A DNA stretch of 64,000 bases, taken from the NCBI GenBank assembly GCA_021824345.1, contig JAKAKW010000002.1, forward strand, positions 86,552 through 150,551. The letters run 5' to 3'. The stretch's first letter is position 1; each line of letters begins with the position of its first letter. Under the pieces are notes generated by a model. That model worked only from the letters and a program-made list of their open reading frames with translations, made no database searches and had not been told where the DNA came from. This document shows positions 1-8,694 of this stretch, piece after piece. The position numbers and the translations under genes are program-made. The stretch is from a bacterium (GTDB taxonomy: Bacteria; Patescibacteriota; Minisyncoccia; Phycocordibacterales; UBA9973).

Positions 1-3
1 GAC

Positions 4-390
4 TTGCCGGACGATATTGAAGCTGTACAAGACGATATGTCCGGGAAAGTTATTGCTTGCGCGCACGGAGGAAAATGTAACCAATTATGCACAGAAGCGT
101 TTCGTATAATCGAAGACGAACTTGCCTTTTACCGCAAGATGAACTTGCCCTTGCCTCGTTTATGCCCGAATTGCCGTACCTTTGAGCGTCTAAAGCAAAG
201 AACTGGCATAGATTTGTACAAGAGTAAATGTCAGTGTGCAGGAGAGTATTCCAAAAACAGTGCATACAAAAACACAGTAGCTCATTCTCACGGCAACGAC
301 TCATGCTTGAATGAATTTGAGACCTGCTACGCCCCGGATCGCCCGGAAATCGTATATTGCGAATCTTGTTATCAGAAGGAAGTTTATTAA
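4..390 (+). CDS. C-terminal fragment (5' end outside window) of a Cys-rich zinc-ribbon repeat protein, paralogous to the next two genes
   Basis: Shares the C-terminal motif CxxC...F.I...E..FY.K..LPLPR.CP.CR ... EFETxYAPDRPEIVYCESCYQKEVY with ORFs 393..2156 and 2283..4010. Ends 3 nt before the next paralog starts. Confidence 0.5.
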   Translation: MPDDIEAVQDDMSGKVIACAHGGKCNQLCTEAFRIIEDELAFYRKMNLPLPRLCPNCRTFERLKQRTGIDLYKSKCQCAGEYSKNSAYKNTVAHSHGNDSCLNEFETCYAPDRPEIVYCESCYQKEVY

Positions 391-392
391 CC

Positions 393-2156
393 ATGCAAAA
401 CGAAACCAAAAATTGCCAGAATTGCAAAAATGATTTCATAATTGAGCCGAATGATTTCGGGTTTTACGAGAAGATTAAAGTTCCTCCGCCGACTTGGTGC
501 CCGGAGTGTCGGATGAAGCGCAGAATCATGTGGAGAAACGAAAAGACAATGCATCGCAACAAATGCGCCGCTACCGGAAAAACAGTTTTTTCTTCAATAA
601 GCCCTGAGTCTCCATACAAGATATATGACCGAGATTATTGGTGGAGCGACAAATGGGACCCTTTGGAATACGGCAGGGAAGTTGATTTTTCCAGGCCTTT
701 TCTGGAACAACTCAATGAGCTGATGCATGACGTTCCATGGTATAGCCGGTCGGTAATCAATAATGTAAAAAGCGATTATTGTATGAACGCCAGCTATTTA
801 AAGGATTGCTATCTTCTTTTTCACAGTTCAAAAAACGAGTCTTGCTATTACGGAGTGGGAATAAGCTTATCCAAAGACTGTTTTGACAATTCCTTTCTTG
901 AAAAATGCGAACTTTGCCATCAGTGCTTTTTTTGCACTAACTGCTATCAAGCATATTATTCCGTAGATTGTGAAAATTCCCAAGAATTGTTTCTTTGCCG
1001 AGACTGTATAAACTGCCATGACTGCTTCGGGTGTGCTGGTCTGAGAAATAAGCAATATCATATTTTCAATAAGCCGTTTTCTAAAGATGAGTACGAGGAA
1101 GAAAGGAAAAGGCTGTTAGGATCTTATAAAAGTTTTTTTAGCGTGCGCGAAAAAGCAATTGAAACGTGGCTCAAAGCGCCGGTCAAGTACGCGCACGAGA
1201 CACACAACCAAAATATTTCCGGAGATTATATAAATAATTCAAAAAACCTTTCAAAGTCGTATATTATGATCGACTCGGAAGACTGCAAGTATTGCCAAAA
1301 TGTTTTTCAGTCGCCCGGAGCGAAAAACTCATACGATTACAGTTTTTTCGGCCAGGGTGCTGAGCTGATTTACGAAGCGTGTTCCACCGGCATTCAGGTC
1401 TCCGAGATAAAATTTTCTTCTTTTATATATCCTGACGCCCAAAGGATAACATATTCGGTAATGTGCCCTTCGTCGAGAGATCTTTTCGGCTGTGTTAGTT
1501 TACGAAGCAAGCAGTACTGCATTTTAAATCGCCAATATTCCAAGGAAGAATATCTTGCGCTTGTTCCAAAAGTGATTGAGCACATGAATAATATGCCCTA
1601 CACAGACAAAAAAGGCAGGATATACCGTTATGGCGAATTCTTTCCGCCGGAGTTCTGTCCATTCGGATACAATGAAACGGTAGCCCAAGAGTATTTTCCC
1701 AAAACCAAGAAAGAGGCCGAAGAGGGAGGATGGCCTTGGATTGAACCAGACATGAAAGAATATGAGCCCGATCTTTCCTGGAAAAATATTCCCGACAAGG
1801 TTTCAGATAGCGGAATAGACATAACAGAAAAAGTAATTCTTTGCCAGTCTTGGGACGAGGAAGGTTCGGAAAAAGCTTTGGAACGAAATTGTTCTAAAGC
1901 ATTTAGGATAGTTTCGCGAGAATTTGAATTTTACAAAAAATACGATCTTCCCTTGCCGAGAAAATGTTTTTTCTGCAGACACTATGACAGGGGTAAGTTC
2001 CGAAATCCTCTGAAGCTCTGGCATAGACAATGTATGTGCACTCAAACCAGCCACGGGCACGCAGGCGATTGTAAAAACGAATTTGAAACAAGCTACGCCC
2101 CGGACCGTCCGGAAATCGTATATTGCGAATCCTGTTATCAGAAAGAAGTGTATTAA
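393..2156 (+). CDS. Large Cys-rich protein (~588 aa) with N- and C-terminal zinc-ribbon modules and two internal Cys-rich repeat modules. Function unknown.
   Basis: ATG at 393 avoids overlap with the upstream paralog. N-term is CQNCKNDFIIEPNDFGFYEKIKVPPPTWCPECRMKRR. Two internal modules each end in GCxxLRxKQYxIxNxxxSKxEY. C-term is ...RPEIVYCESCYQKEVY, identical in style to neighbours. About 10% Cys. Confidence 0.6.
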   Translation: MQNETKNCQNCKNDFIIEPNDFGFYEKIKVPPPTWCPECRMKRRIMWRNEKTMHRNKCAATGKTVFSSISPESPYKIYDRDYWWSDKWDPLEYGREVDFSRPFLEQLNELMHDVPWYSRSVINNVKSDYCMNASYLKDCYLLFHSSKNESCYYGVGISLSKDCFDNSFLEKCELCHQCFFCTNCYQAYYSVDCENSQELFLCRDCINCHDCFGCAGLRNKQYHIFNKPFSKDEYEEERKRLLGSYKSFFSVREKAIETWLKAPVKYAHETHNQNISGDYINNSKNLSKSYIMIDSEDCKYCQNVFQSPGAKNSYDYSFFGQGAELIYEACSTGIQVSEIKFSSFIYPDAQRITYSVMCPSSRDLFGCVSLRSKQYCILNRQYSKEEYLALVPKVIEHMNNMPYTDKKGRIYRYGEFFPPEFCPFGYNETVAQEYFPKTKKEAEEGGWPWIEPDMKEYEPDLSWKNIPDKVSDSGIDITEKVILCQSWDEEGSEKALERNCSKAFRIVSREFEFYKKYDLPLPRKCFFCRHYDRGKFRNPLKLWHRQCMCTQTSHGHAGDCKNEFETSYAPDRPEIVYCESCYQKEVY

Positions 2157-2225
2157 GATGAGCAAGCTAGGGCAGAGGGTAAACATCCGCCCTCTCCACC
2201 CTAGAGAAAATAACCTTGCAGGAGT

Positions 2226-2255
2226 TGCCTTTTTCTTCGAAACTATGGTATAATA
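2226..2255 (+). promoter_or_regulatory. Sigma70-like promoter (TTGCCT -35, 18-bp spacer, extended -10 TGGTATAAT) upstream of the third paralog
   Basis: Direct sequence reading. The -10 TATAAT is at 2250..2255 with TGG immediately upstream. Confidence 0.45.
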
Positions 2256-2282
2256 TAGCGTTAATAAGGGTATTGGCGCGCC

Positions 2283-4010
2283 ATGAATACTCAAGGAAAA
2301 AATTCCTCCCGAGGCGGGCCGCAAGTCTGCCGCAACTGCCGAAGAGAGTTCGTAATAGAACCTCCTGACTTGAAATTTTACCAAAATATAAAAGTTCCTC
2401 CGCCGACCTGGTGTCCGGAGTGCCGGATGGCCAGGCGTTTTTCATTTCAAAATACCTGGAGCTTATACTGGCGTAATTGCGACAAATGCGGAAAGAAAGC
2501 GCTGTCAACTTATCCGCCGGAAAAGAAAATAATCGCTTACTGTTCCGAGTGCTGGTGGGCGGACGATTGGGACGGCACGGAATACGGCATGGATTACGAT
2601 CCTAAAAAAACGTTTTTCGCGCAACTGACAGAATTGAAAGAGCGCACTCCTTTTATGATGTTGCAAAATGATCATGTCACTATCAAAAATTCCGAATATT
2701 CTTCCTATATTGGCTGGAGCCGCGATTGTTACTTGGTATTTTGGGCCGATTACTGCGACAACGTGTGTTATTCTTCCATTTTAAATGGCTTGCGCTTCAG
2801 TTCCGATTGCCTGCGGGGATTTGATTCAGAGCTCTGCTATGAATCCATCGGCTTTTCCGGCAATTACCGCACTTTCTTTTCCGACGAATGCGACAATTGC
2901 GTGGACGTATGGTTTTCCCGCAATTGTTATGGATGTACCAACTGTATTGCCTGTGTCAATCTGCGCGGGGCCTCCTATTGCATCTTCAATAAGAAATATT
3001 CAAAAAATGAATACGTGGAGGAGGTAAGGAAATTGGGATTAAACTCATGGAAAGCCTTGCGCGAATTGGAGAATAGAGCGCACGCCTTCTGGTTGGAAAG
3101 ACCGTACAGAGAATACAACGGGAACAGCTTGAATACTAATGTTTCGGGAGATTACGTGTACGAATCCAGAAATGCGAAGGATATGTACATAGTAAACGGC
3201 GCGGAAAATTGCCGATGGTGCCAGTTCATCACCGTGAAGCCGGCCAAAGATTGCCGCGACTACTCCGGATGGGGGAATAACACTTCTCTCATATATGAAA
3301 GCATTAATGTGGGAGAGGACAGTTACGGCGTACGTTTTTCCGGCATTTGCTGGGCGGACTGCTTAAACCTTGATTACTGCTACTTTTGCATATCCGCGAA
3401 GAACGCTTTCGGATGCGTGAATCTGAAAAGGAAAAATTACTGCATCCTAAACAAACAGTATCCGAAGGAGGAATTTTTCAAACTGCGCGAAAAAATAATT
3501 GAGGACATGAAGAAAAATCCATATACGGACAATATCGGACGCGAATTTCGATATGGAGAATTCTTTCCGCCGGAATTCAGTCCATATCCGTACAACAAAT
3601 CCAATGCCATGCGCTTTCTGCCAAAAACAAAGAGCCAGGCGCTACGGGAAGGGTACTCCTGGGAAGAAGAGGAAATACATAAATATGACACCACTATCGG
3701 ATCGGCGGATCTGCCGGACAGCTTGGAGAAAACGGATGAATCGGTGCTGGAAGAGGTGATAAAATGTCCGAATTGTCCGCGAGGGTACAAGATCGCCAAA
3801 CTCGAATTAGACCTATTGCGCAAGATGGGCCTGCCTCTTCCGCACGAATGCCCTCGTTGCCGGGAAGAGAAGCGCTTCGCCCGGCTGAACAAGCCGAAAT
3901 TCTTTGAGCGCAAATGCGCAAAGTGCGGGGAAAAGATCAGCACCGCCTTTTCTCCCGACCGTCCGGAGATCGTGTACTGCGAAAAGTGCTACCAAGCCGA
4001 ATTTCTTTAG
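2283..4010 (+). CDS. Third paralog of the Cys-rich zinc-ribbon repeat protein family (575 aa)
   Basis: Same N-terminal motif (CRNCRREFVIEPPDLKFYQNIKVPPPTWCPECRMARR), internal duplicated Cys-rich modules, and C-terminal CPNCPRGYKIAKLELDLLRKMGLPLPHECPRCR ... DRPEIVYCEKCYQAEFL. Own promoter TTGCCT-18-TGGTATAAT at about 2226..2255. Confidence 0.6.
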   Translation: MNTQGKNSSRGGPQVCRNCRREFVIEPPDLKFYQNIKVPPPTWCPECRMARRFSFQNTWSLYWRNCDKCGKKALSTYPPEKKIIAYCSECWWADDWDGTEYGMDYDPKKTFFAQLTELKERTPFMMLQNDHVTIKNSEYSSYIGWSRDCYLVFWADYCDNVCYSSILNGLRFSSDCLRGFDSELCYESIGFSGNYRTFFSDECDNCVDVWFSRNCYGCTNCIACVNLRGASYCIFNKKYSKNEYVEEVRKLGLNSWKALRELENRAHAFWLERPYREYNGNSLNTNVSGDYVYESRNAKDMYIVNGAENCRWCQFITVKPAKDCRDYSGWGNNTSLIYESINVGEDSYGVRFSGICWADCLNLDYCYFCISAKNAFGCVNLKRKNYCILNKQYPKEEFFKLREKIIEDMKKNPYTDNIGREFRYGEFFPPEFSPYPYNKSNAMRFLPKTKSQALREGYSWEEEEIHKYDTTIGSADLPDSLEKTDESVLEEVIKCPNCPRGYKIAKLELDLLRKMGLPLPHECPRCREEKRFARLNKPKFFERKCAKCGEKISTAFSPDRPEIVYCEKCYQAEFL

Positions 4011-4054
4011 AAAATTGCAAAAACAAGGCCTTTATGTTAGATTAGGGCATTGAT

Positions 4055-4570
4055 ATGGCAAAAACGAACATAAAATTCAGTCCGGTTAATATTGACGCGC
4101 GAAGGAAAATGGATTTCCATTCCGGAGATACCGTAAAAGTGTGGTCAAAGATCAAGGATGAAAAAGGGAAATTCCGCCTTCAAGCTTTTGAAGGAACGGT
4201 TTTGGCGCGAAAGCACGGCACTGAAGCGGGCGCCACTTTTACCGTGCGGAGGGTTGCTTCAGGGGTGGGAGTGGAAAGAATCTTTCCTCTTTTTTCTCCG
4301 CTGATAGACAAGATAGAGATTACGAAGAAGTCTCGTTCCCGCAAATCAAAGTTGTACTATGTGCGCACCAAGGCGGTAAAAGACGTGCGCAAGAAACTTC
4401 GCTCTACCACGTACCAGGCGGAAGAAGGAGAGTTTAACGAAGAGAAAGTTTCCGCTGAAGCCGAGAGCAAAAACGGAGAAGCGGAAACGAAAGGCGGAGA
4501 TTCAGCCGAAGATAAGAAAGAAAATACTAAGGACGCAGGCGCCGAAAAGAAGGAAAAAGCGGAAGCGTAA
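4055..4570 (+). CDS. rplS: Ribosomal protein L19 with a Lys/Glu-rich C-terminal extension
   Basis: FHSGDTVKVWSKIKDEKGKFRLQAFEGTVLARKHG...FTVRRVASGVGVERIFPLFSPLIDKIEI matches the L19 core. An extra ~55 aa acidic/basic tail is present. Promoter-like TTGCAA-17-TAGATT at about 4015..4043. Confidence 0.85.
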   Translation: MAKTNIKFSPVNIDARRKMDFHSGDTVKVWSKIKDEKGKFRLQAFEGTVLARKHGTEAGATFTVRRVASGVGVERIFPLFSPLIDKIEITKKSRSRKSKLYYVRTKAVKDVRKKLRSTTYQAEEGEFNEEKVSAEAESKNGEAETKGGDSAEDKKENTKDAGAEKKEKAEA

Positions 4571-4574
4571 AAAT

Positions 4575-4690
4575 GTGCTAAACTAGGTGCAAATGCGCGA
4601 GTGCTGAAACTTAGTAGACAGGCACGCTTGAGGTGCGTGTGTCGCAAGACGTGGGAGTGCAAGTCTCCCCTCGCGCACCGTAAAACAACA
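4575..4690 (+). ncRNA. Candidate structured RNA element (3' UTR of rplS or leader/sRNA) with nested stem-loops
   Basis: Long-range pairing gcgcgag (about 4604) with ctcgcgc (about 4670) encloses hairpins cacgc-ttgaggt-gcgtg and gggag-tgcaagt-ctccc. Followed immediately by an intrinsic terminator. Confidence 0.25.
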
Positions 4691-4693
4691 GAC

Positions 4694-4732
4694 CCCCGGC
4701 TTTCTTAAGAAAGCCGGGGGTTCTGGTATAAT
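4694..4732 (+). terminator. Intrinsic terminator hairpin (cccccggcttt/aaagccggggg, 11-bp stem) immediately followed by an extended -10 promoter (TGGTATAAT 4724..4732) for the ATPase gene
   Basis: Perfect inverted repeat 4694..4720 with loop cttaag. TATAAT at 4727..4732 sits 9 nt before the ATG at 4742. Confidence 0.6.
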
Positions 4733-4741
4733 ACACGTAAT

Positions 4742-7462
4742 ATGCAAAATGCTCCCGACAAGCGCGAGCCGGTAGAGCCATGGGCAATAACTGCCGAAGA
4801 GGCCGTTACGACCCTCGGTACTTCGGTCCAGAAAGGCCTTTCGGAAGAAGAGGCCCGAAGGCGCTTGTCCGTATACGGCGCAAACGTTTTTCTGGAGAAA
4901 GAAAAAATCGGGGTTTTTTCCATTTTCTTCAAGCAATTTTTGAGCCCGTTGATTTTTCTTTTGATCGGCGCCGCTTTTATCACCGGGTTTTTGAATGAAT
5001 GGGTGAACACTGCGGTAATATCTCTGGCGGTGCTTTTAAATGTGAGCTTGGGTTTCTGGAACGAATATCAAGCCGAACACACTTTGGAAAAACTCTCCGG
5101 CTATATCAAAGACCGCTCCAGAGTGATTCGCGGAGGAAAGGAGGAAGAGACGGATTCTTCGCTTCTGGTTCCGGGCGATATTGTGAAGCTTTCCTACGGC
5201 TCAAGAGTGCCGGCCGATATCCGCCTTCTTTCCGTGAATAATTTCCAGGCGGACGAGGCAGTGCTTACGGGAGAGTCTATACCCGTTTCTAAGTCTGAAG
5301 ATCCGGTGGATATTTCCGCGGAAGTGGCCGAACAGAAAAACATGGCCCATTCCGGCACTCTTTCAGTGCAAGGATTCGCCACGGGGGTAGTCTGCGCAAC
5401 CGGCAGCAATACCGAGATAGGAAAGATTGCCGGAATAGTTTCAAAAATTAACAGAGTGGAAACCCCGCTATCCCGCGGTGTGAGCCGGCTGGCTTGGCTT
5501 ATTTTCGGACTGGTGCTCGTTATCATGGGCGCGCTCATCGTCCTCGGCATTTCTAGGGGCGAGCCCTTGCTCACCATGCTGGTATTGTCCGCCGCCATCG
5601 CGGTGGGAGCCGTTCCGGAATCTCTGCCGATCGTGCTGACGGTCATTCTTTCCATCGGCTCCGCCCGCATAGCGGAAAAGAAAGGGGTGGTGCGGAAACT
5701 TTCCGCCGCCGAAACTCTCGGAAGCGCCACTCTCATTATGACGGACAAAACAGGCACTCTTACCCAGGCGGATATGCAGCTGACGGGGGTATATTCCGCG
5801 GAGGATATATTGTCGGAGAAAGCTTCCGGCAAGAGTTCGGGGCCTGACGCCGGGAAAGACGTAGAAGAAGCGAAGAGCAGGCGTTTTTCTCCGGCAGAAA
5901 TCAATCTTCTCCGCCAGTCGATTTTAAATCTGGACGTGCGGGTGGAAAACCCCGAGGAAGAAAAAAGCAAATGGAAGTTCCTCGGCCGGCCTTTTGAAGT
6001 AAATATCGCCAGGGCGTGCCTGGAACGGGGCATATCCCTTTCCGACATAGTTTCTTCGTCTTCTTCGCTCGTTCTGCCTTTCAATTCCACCAATAAATTT
6101 TCCGTTTCCGCCAAGGACGGCAGTTATGCGGTCATGGGCGCGCCGGACATACTGCTCAAACGCTCCAAAATATCCAAAGAAGATTATTTGAAACTGGAAT
6201 CATGGATAGAAAAGACCAGCGCCGAAGGGAAAAGGCTTATAGGCTTGGCAACCTTTCCCAAAAAAGAGGGACAGAAGCGGTTTTCTCCAGACGAAGCGAA
6301 AGACATGAAGTTTTTGGGCTGTTTCGTGTTTTTTGACCCGCCTCGTCCCGAAGTGGCCGAATCCATAAAAAATATCGAATCGCACGGAGTGAAAATGGTG
6401 CTGGTTACCGGCGACCTGAAGGGCACGGCTGTTTCTCTTGCCCGGGACATCGGCTGGAAAGTCGGCGAAGAGGAAGTGATTACCGGCGCAGACCTGCGCG
6501 CCCTGAAGGACGAAGAATTGCTTCCGGTGCTGCCGAAATTAAAGATCTTCGCCAGAGTAACCCCCGAAGACAAATTCCGCATAGGAGTGCTGTATCGGAA
6601 GCTTGGAGAAGTGGTGGCAATGACGGGGGACGGAGTGAATGACGCGCCGGCCTTAAAAGCGATGGACATAGGCATTTCTCTCGGTTCTGGATCGGATGTA
6701 GCAAAAAGCGCGGCCGACTTGGTGCTTCTGGATGATAATTTCCATACAGTGAGCATGGCTATAGAAGAGGGGAGGAAAATTTTGGCGAACATCCGCAAAG
6801 CTGTCATATATCTTATGTCCGGAGCCTTGGATGAAATATTCATCGTGGGAGGGAGTCTTCTCTTTTCCTTGCCATTGCCTTTGACGGCCATGCAAATAAT
6901 CTGGGTGAATCTTTTTACCGAGAGTTTGCCCGCTCTCGCTTTCGCTTTTGACGAAAACATGGATCATGAAAAATATGCAGGCAAGGATTTGAAGCTGATT
7001 TTTTCCAACGAAGTGAAGCTTCTGTGTTTTGGAGTGGGAATTTTCACTTCCACTTTGCTTTTCGTGCTGTACGACCTCTTGGATACGTATTGGCGCTTGC
7101 CTCTGCCCCAGGCTCGCAGCGTCTTCTTTGTGTGCTTTTCCTCTTATATCCTGTTTATCGCTTTTTCCTTTCGATCTCTTCACAAGCCGATCTTTTCTTA
7201 CAATCCTTTCTCCAACAAAAGATTGAATTGGAGCATCGGCATCGCGGTGGCCATACTTATCGCCACCATGACTGTTCCGTTTTTGAGGAATGCATTCGGA
7301 CTGGTGCCTCTGCCTGTTGCCTGGATTCCGCTGGTGCTTGTTTGGATATTGCTTAATGTGCTCTTGATGGAGGGCGCCAAATTCCTTTTTCGCCGCGGAT
7401 TCTTCGGCGGAAAGAAAAAGCGCGCAGCGGAAACTGTAAAAGCCTCATCAGTAAAAGTGTAA
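4742..7462 (+). CDS. P-type cation-transporting ATPase (P2-type, Ca2+/Mg2+-like)
   Basis: DKTGTLT phosphorylation motif, TGDGVNDAPALK hinge motif, and about 10 TM segments across 906 aa. Confidence 0.85.
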   Translation: MQNAPDKREPVEPWAITAEEAVTTLGTSVQKGLSEEEARRRLSVYGANVFLEKEKIGVFSIFFKQFLSPLIFLLIGAAFITGFLNEWVNTAVISLAVLLNVSLGFWNEYQAEHTLEKLSGYIKDRSRVIRGGKEEETDSSLLVPGDIVKLSYGSRVPADIRLLSVNNFQADEAVLTGESIPVSKSEDPVDISAEVAEQKNMAHSGTLSVQGFATGVVCATGSNTEIGKIAGIVSKINRVETPLSRGVSRLAWLIFGLVLVIMGALIVLGISRGEPLLTMLVLSAAIAVGAVPESLPIVLTVILSIGSARIAEKKGVVRKLSAAETLGSATLIMTDKTGTLTQADMQLTGVYSAEDILSEKASGKSSGPDAGKDVEEAKSRRFSPAEINLLRQSILNLDVRVENPEEEKSKWKFLGRPFEVNIARACLERGISLSDIVSSSSSLVLPFNSTNKFSVSAKDGSYAVMGAPDILLKRSKISKEDYLKLESWIEKTSAEGKRLIGLATFPKKEGQKRFSPDEAKDMKFLGCFVFFDPPRPEVAESIKNIESHGVKMVLVTGDLKGTAVSLARDIGWKVGEEEVITGADLRALKDEELLPVLPKLKIFARVTPEDKFRIGVLYRKLGEVVAMTGDGVNDAPALKAMDIGISLGSGSDVAKSAADLVLLDDNFHTVSMAIEEGRKILANIRKAVIYLMSGALDEIFIVGGSLLFSLPLPLTAMQIIWVNLFTESLPALAFAFDENMDHEKYAGKDLKLIFSNEVKLLCFGVGIFTSTLLFVLYDLLDTYWRLPLPQARSVFFVCFSSYILFIAFSFRSLHKPIFSYNPFSNKRLNWSIGIAVAILIATMTVPFLRNAFGLVPLPVAWIPLVLVWILLNVLLMEGAKFLFRRGFFGGKKKRAAETVKASSVKV

Positions 7463-7506
7463 TAGTGTGTAACATGTTTCTTGATAAATTACCACAGGGT
7501 AGAGTG

Positions 7507-7541
7507 TTTGCATTTTAAAATTTGCGGATTATAATATCCGC
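7507..7541 (+). promoter_or_regulatory. Promoter TTGCAT-16-TATAAT with a palindrome (gcggat TATAAT atccgc) centred on the -10
   Basis: ttgcat at 7507..7512, tataat at 7529..7534. The inverted repeat gcggat/atccgc flanks the -10 element. Confidence 0.4.
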
Positions 7542-8057
7542 ATGAATGAGATCAAATGCGCGATTTGCGGAAAAAAATTCATGAGAAAGAGATCCCAGAT
7601 ACTTCTGGCGAAGAAGCACTATTGCTCCACGGCCTGCCAGCGCATAGGACGGAGAACCGGGAAGACTATTGGATGCTTTGCTTGCGGCAAGGAGGTTTAT
7701 AAAAAAAGAGAATATTTATTAAGATCAAAAAGCGGCAAGAGTTTCTGCGGAAGAGCTTGCAGCAACGCTTACATAGGGTTGAATCAAAGAGCCAGCAATC
7801 ATCCAAATTGGACAACGGGCATATATTCTTATAGGGAAATAATGAAAAGGGAAAGCATTCGTCCGGGATGTATATTGTGCGGTAAAACAGACCCGAGGAT
7901 ATTATCCGTGCACCATATTGATAAAAATAGGAGTAACAACAAAAAGAGCAATTTGTCCTGGTTATGCAACAATTGCCATTTCCTGGTGCATCATTACAAA
8001 GAAGAGCGGAAAAAGTTTTTTGATTTAATAAAAAAACATGCCTACAGCACAGTGTAA
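7542..8057 (+). CDS. HNH endonuclease-family protein with two N-terminal CxxC...C...C zinc-ribbon repeats
   Basis: Repeated CxxCGKxF...KKHYCSxxC units. C-terminal HNH signature SVHHIDKNRSNNKKSNLSWLCNNCHFLVHH. Confidence 0.7.
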   Translation: MNEIKCAICGKKFMRKRSQILLAKKHYCSTACQRIGRRTGKTIGCFACGKEVYKKREYLLRSKSGKSFCGRACSNAYIGLNQRASNHPNWTTGIYSYREIMKRESIRPGCILCGKTDPRILSVHHIDKNRSNNKKSNLSWLCNNCHFLVHHYKEERKKFFDLIKKHAYSTV

Positions 8058-8544
8058 ATTTTGCAAAAAGAATTTTCATGTCAGTCCGTGGCGGATAAAA
8101 AGCGGATGGGGCATTTATTGCTCATTGGAGTGCAAATACCTTGGAAGCGCCTTCCAGAAAAAATTCTCCTGCTTCACTTGCGGGCAGGATGTTTTCAAAA
8201 CTCCTTCAAAAATAAGAAATTCAAAAAGCGGGAAATTTTTCTGCAGCAAGTCATGCCAGACAAAGTGGCGGAATGTTGTCTTTTCCGGAGAAAAGCACTC
8301 CGGTTACAAAGACGGGAAGCACACATACCGGAGGTTGCTAAAAAAAGCGGACAGAGCCCCAGAGTGCGAAATGTGCGGCACTCGCGACAGGCGCGTTTTA
8401 GCGGCCCATCATATTGACGAAAACCGGGCGCATAACGGTGTAAAGAACCTATCCTGGCTTTGTCACAATTGCCATAAATTGGTACATTATGATAATGTAG
8501 AGAAACAGAGATTTCTAAAAGAGCATAAAAAGAAATTCTCTTGA
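8038..8544 (+). CDS. Second HNH endonuclease-family paralog with the same zinc-ribbon + HNH architecture
   Basis: CKFCKKNF...YCSLEC, CFTCGQDV...FCSKSC, and AAHHIDENRAHNGVKNLSWLCHNCHKLVH. Overlaps the first paralog by 20 nt. Confidence 0.7.
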   Translation: MPTAQCKFCKKNFHVSPWRIKSGWGIYCSLECKYLGSAFQKKFSCFTCGQDVFKTPSKIRNSKSGKFFCSKSCQTKWRNVVFSGEKHSGYKDGKHTYRRLLKKADRAPECEMCGTRDRRVLAAHHIDENRAHNGVKNLSWLCHNCHKLVHYDNVEKQRFLKEHKKKFS

Positions 8545-8552
8545 CATAATAT

Positions 8553-8626
8553 GGTGGCCATGGTGTAGTGGTAACACAATAGCTTGTGGAGCTATTTTCT
8601 CCGGTTCGAGCCCGGATGGCCACCCA
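8553..8626 (+). tRNA. tRNA-His (anticodon GTG) with encoded G-1
   Basis: Manual fold. G-1 plus acceptor gtggcca/tggccac. D-arm gtgtagtggtaacac. Anticodon stem atagc/gctat with loop ttGTGga. T-arm tccgg-ttcgagc-ccgga. Discriminator C. Confidence 0.8.
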
Positions 8627-8694
8627 TTTTAAATTTTATCAATCTATTGGGGCAATATTATTCCACCCGGCGCTATTTCCTGTATAATTAATCC

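Noticed and set aside
4583-5010. Minus-strand ORFs (117 aa and 101 aa) over the rplS/ATPase intergenic region and ATPase 5' end
   Set aside because: They overlap a clear terminator/promoter and the start of a strongly supported P-type ATPase on the other strand. No RBS and no motif support. Antisense artefacts.
5194-7183. Large minus-strand ORFs (306, 258 and 176 aa) inside the P-type ATPase gene
   Set aside because: Entirely antisense to a gene with unambiguous DKTGT/GDGVNDAPAL motifs. Low-complexity Ser/Arg-rich translations typical of GC-rich antisense frames.
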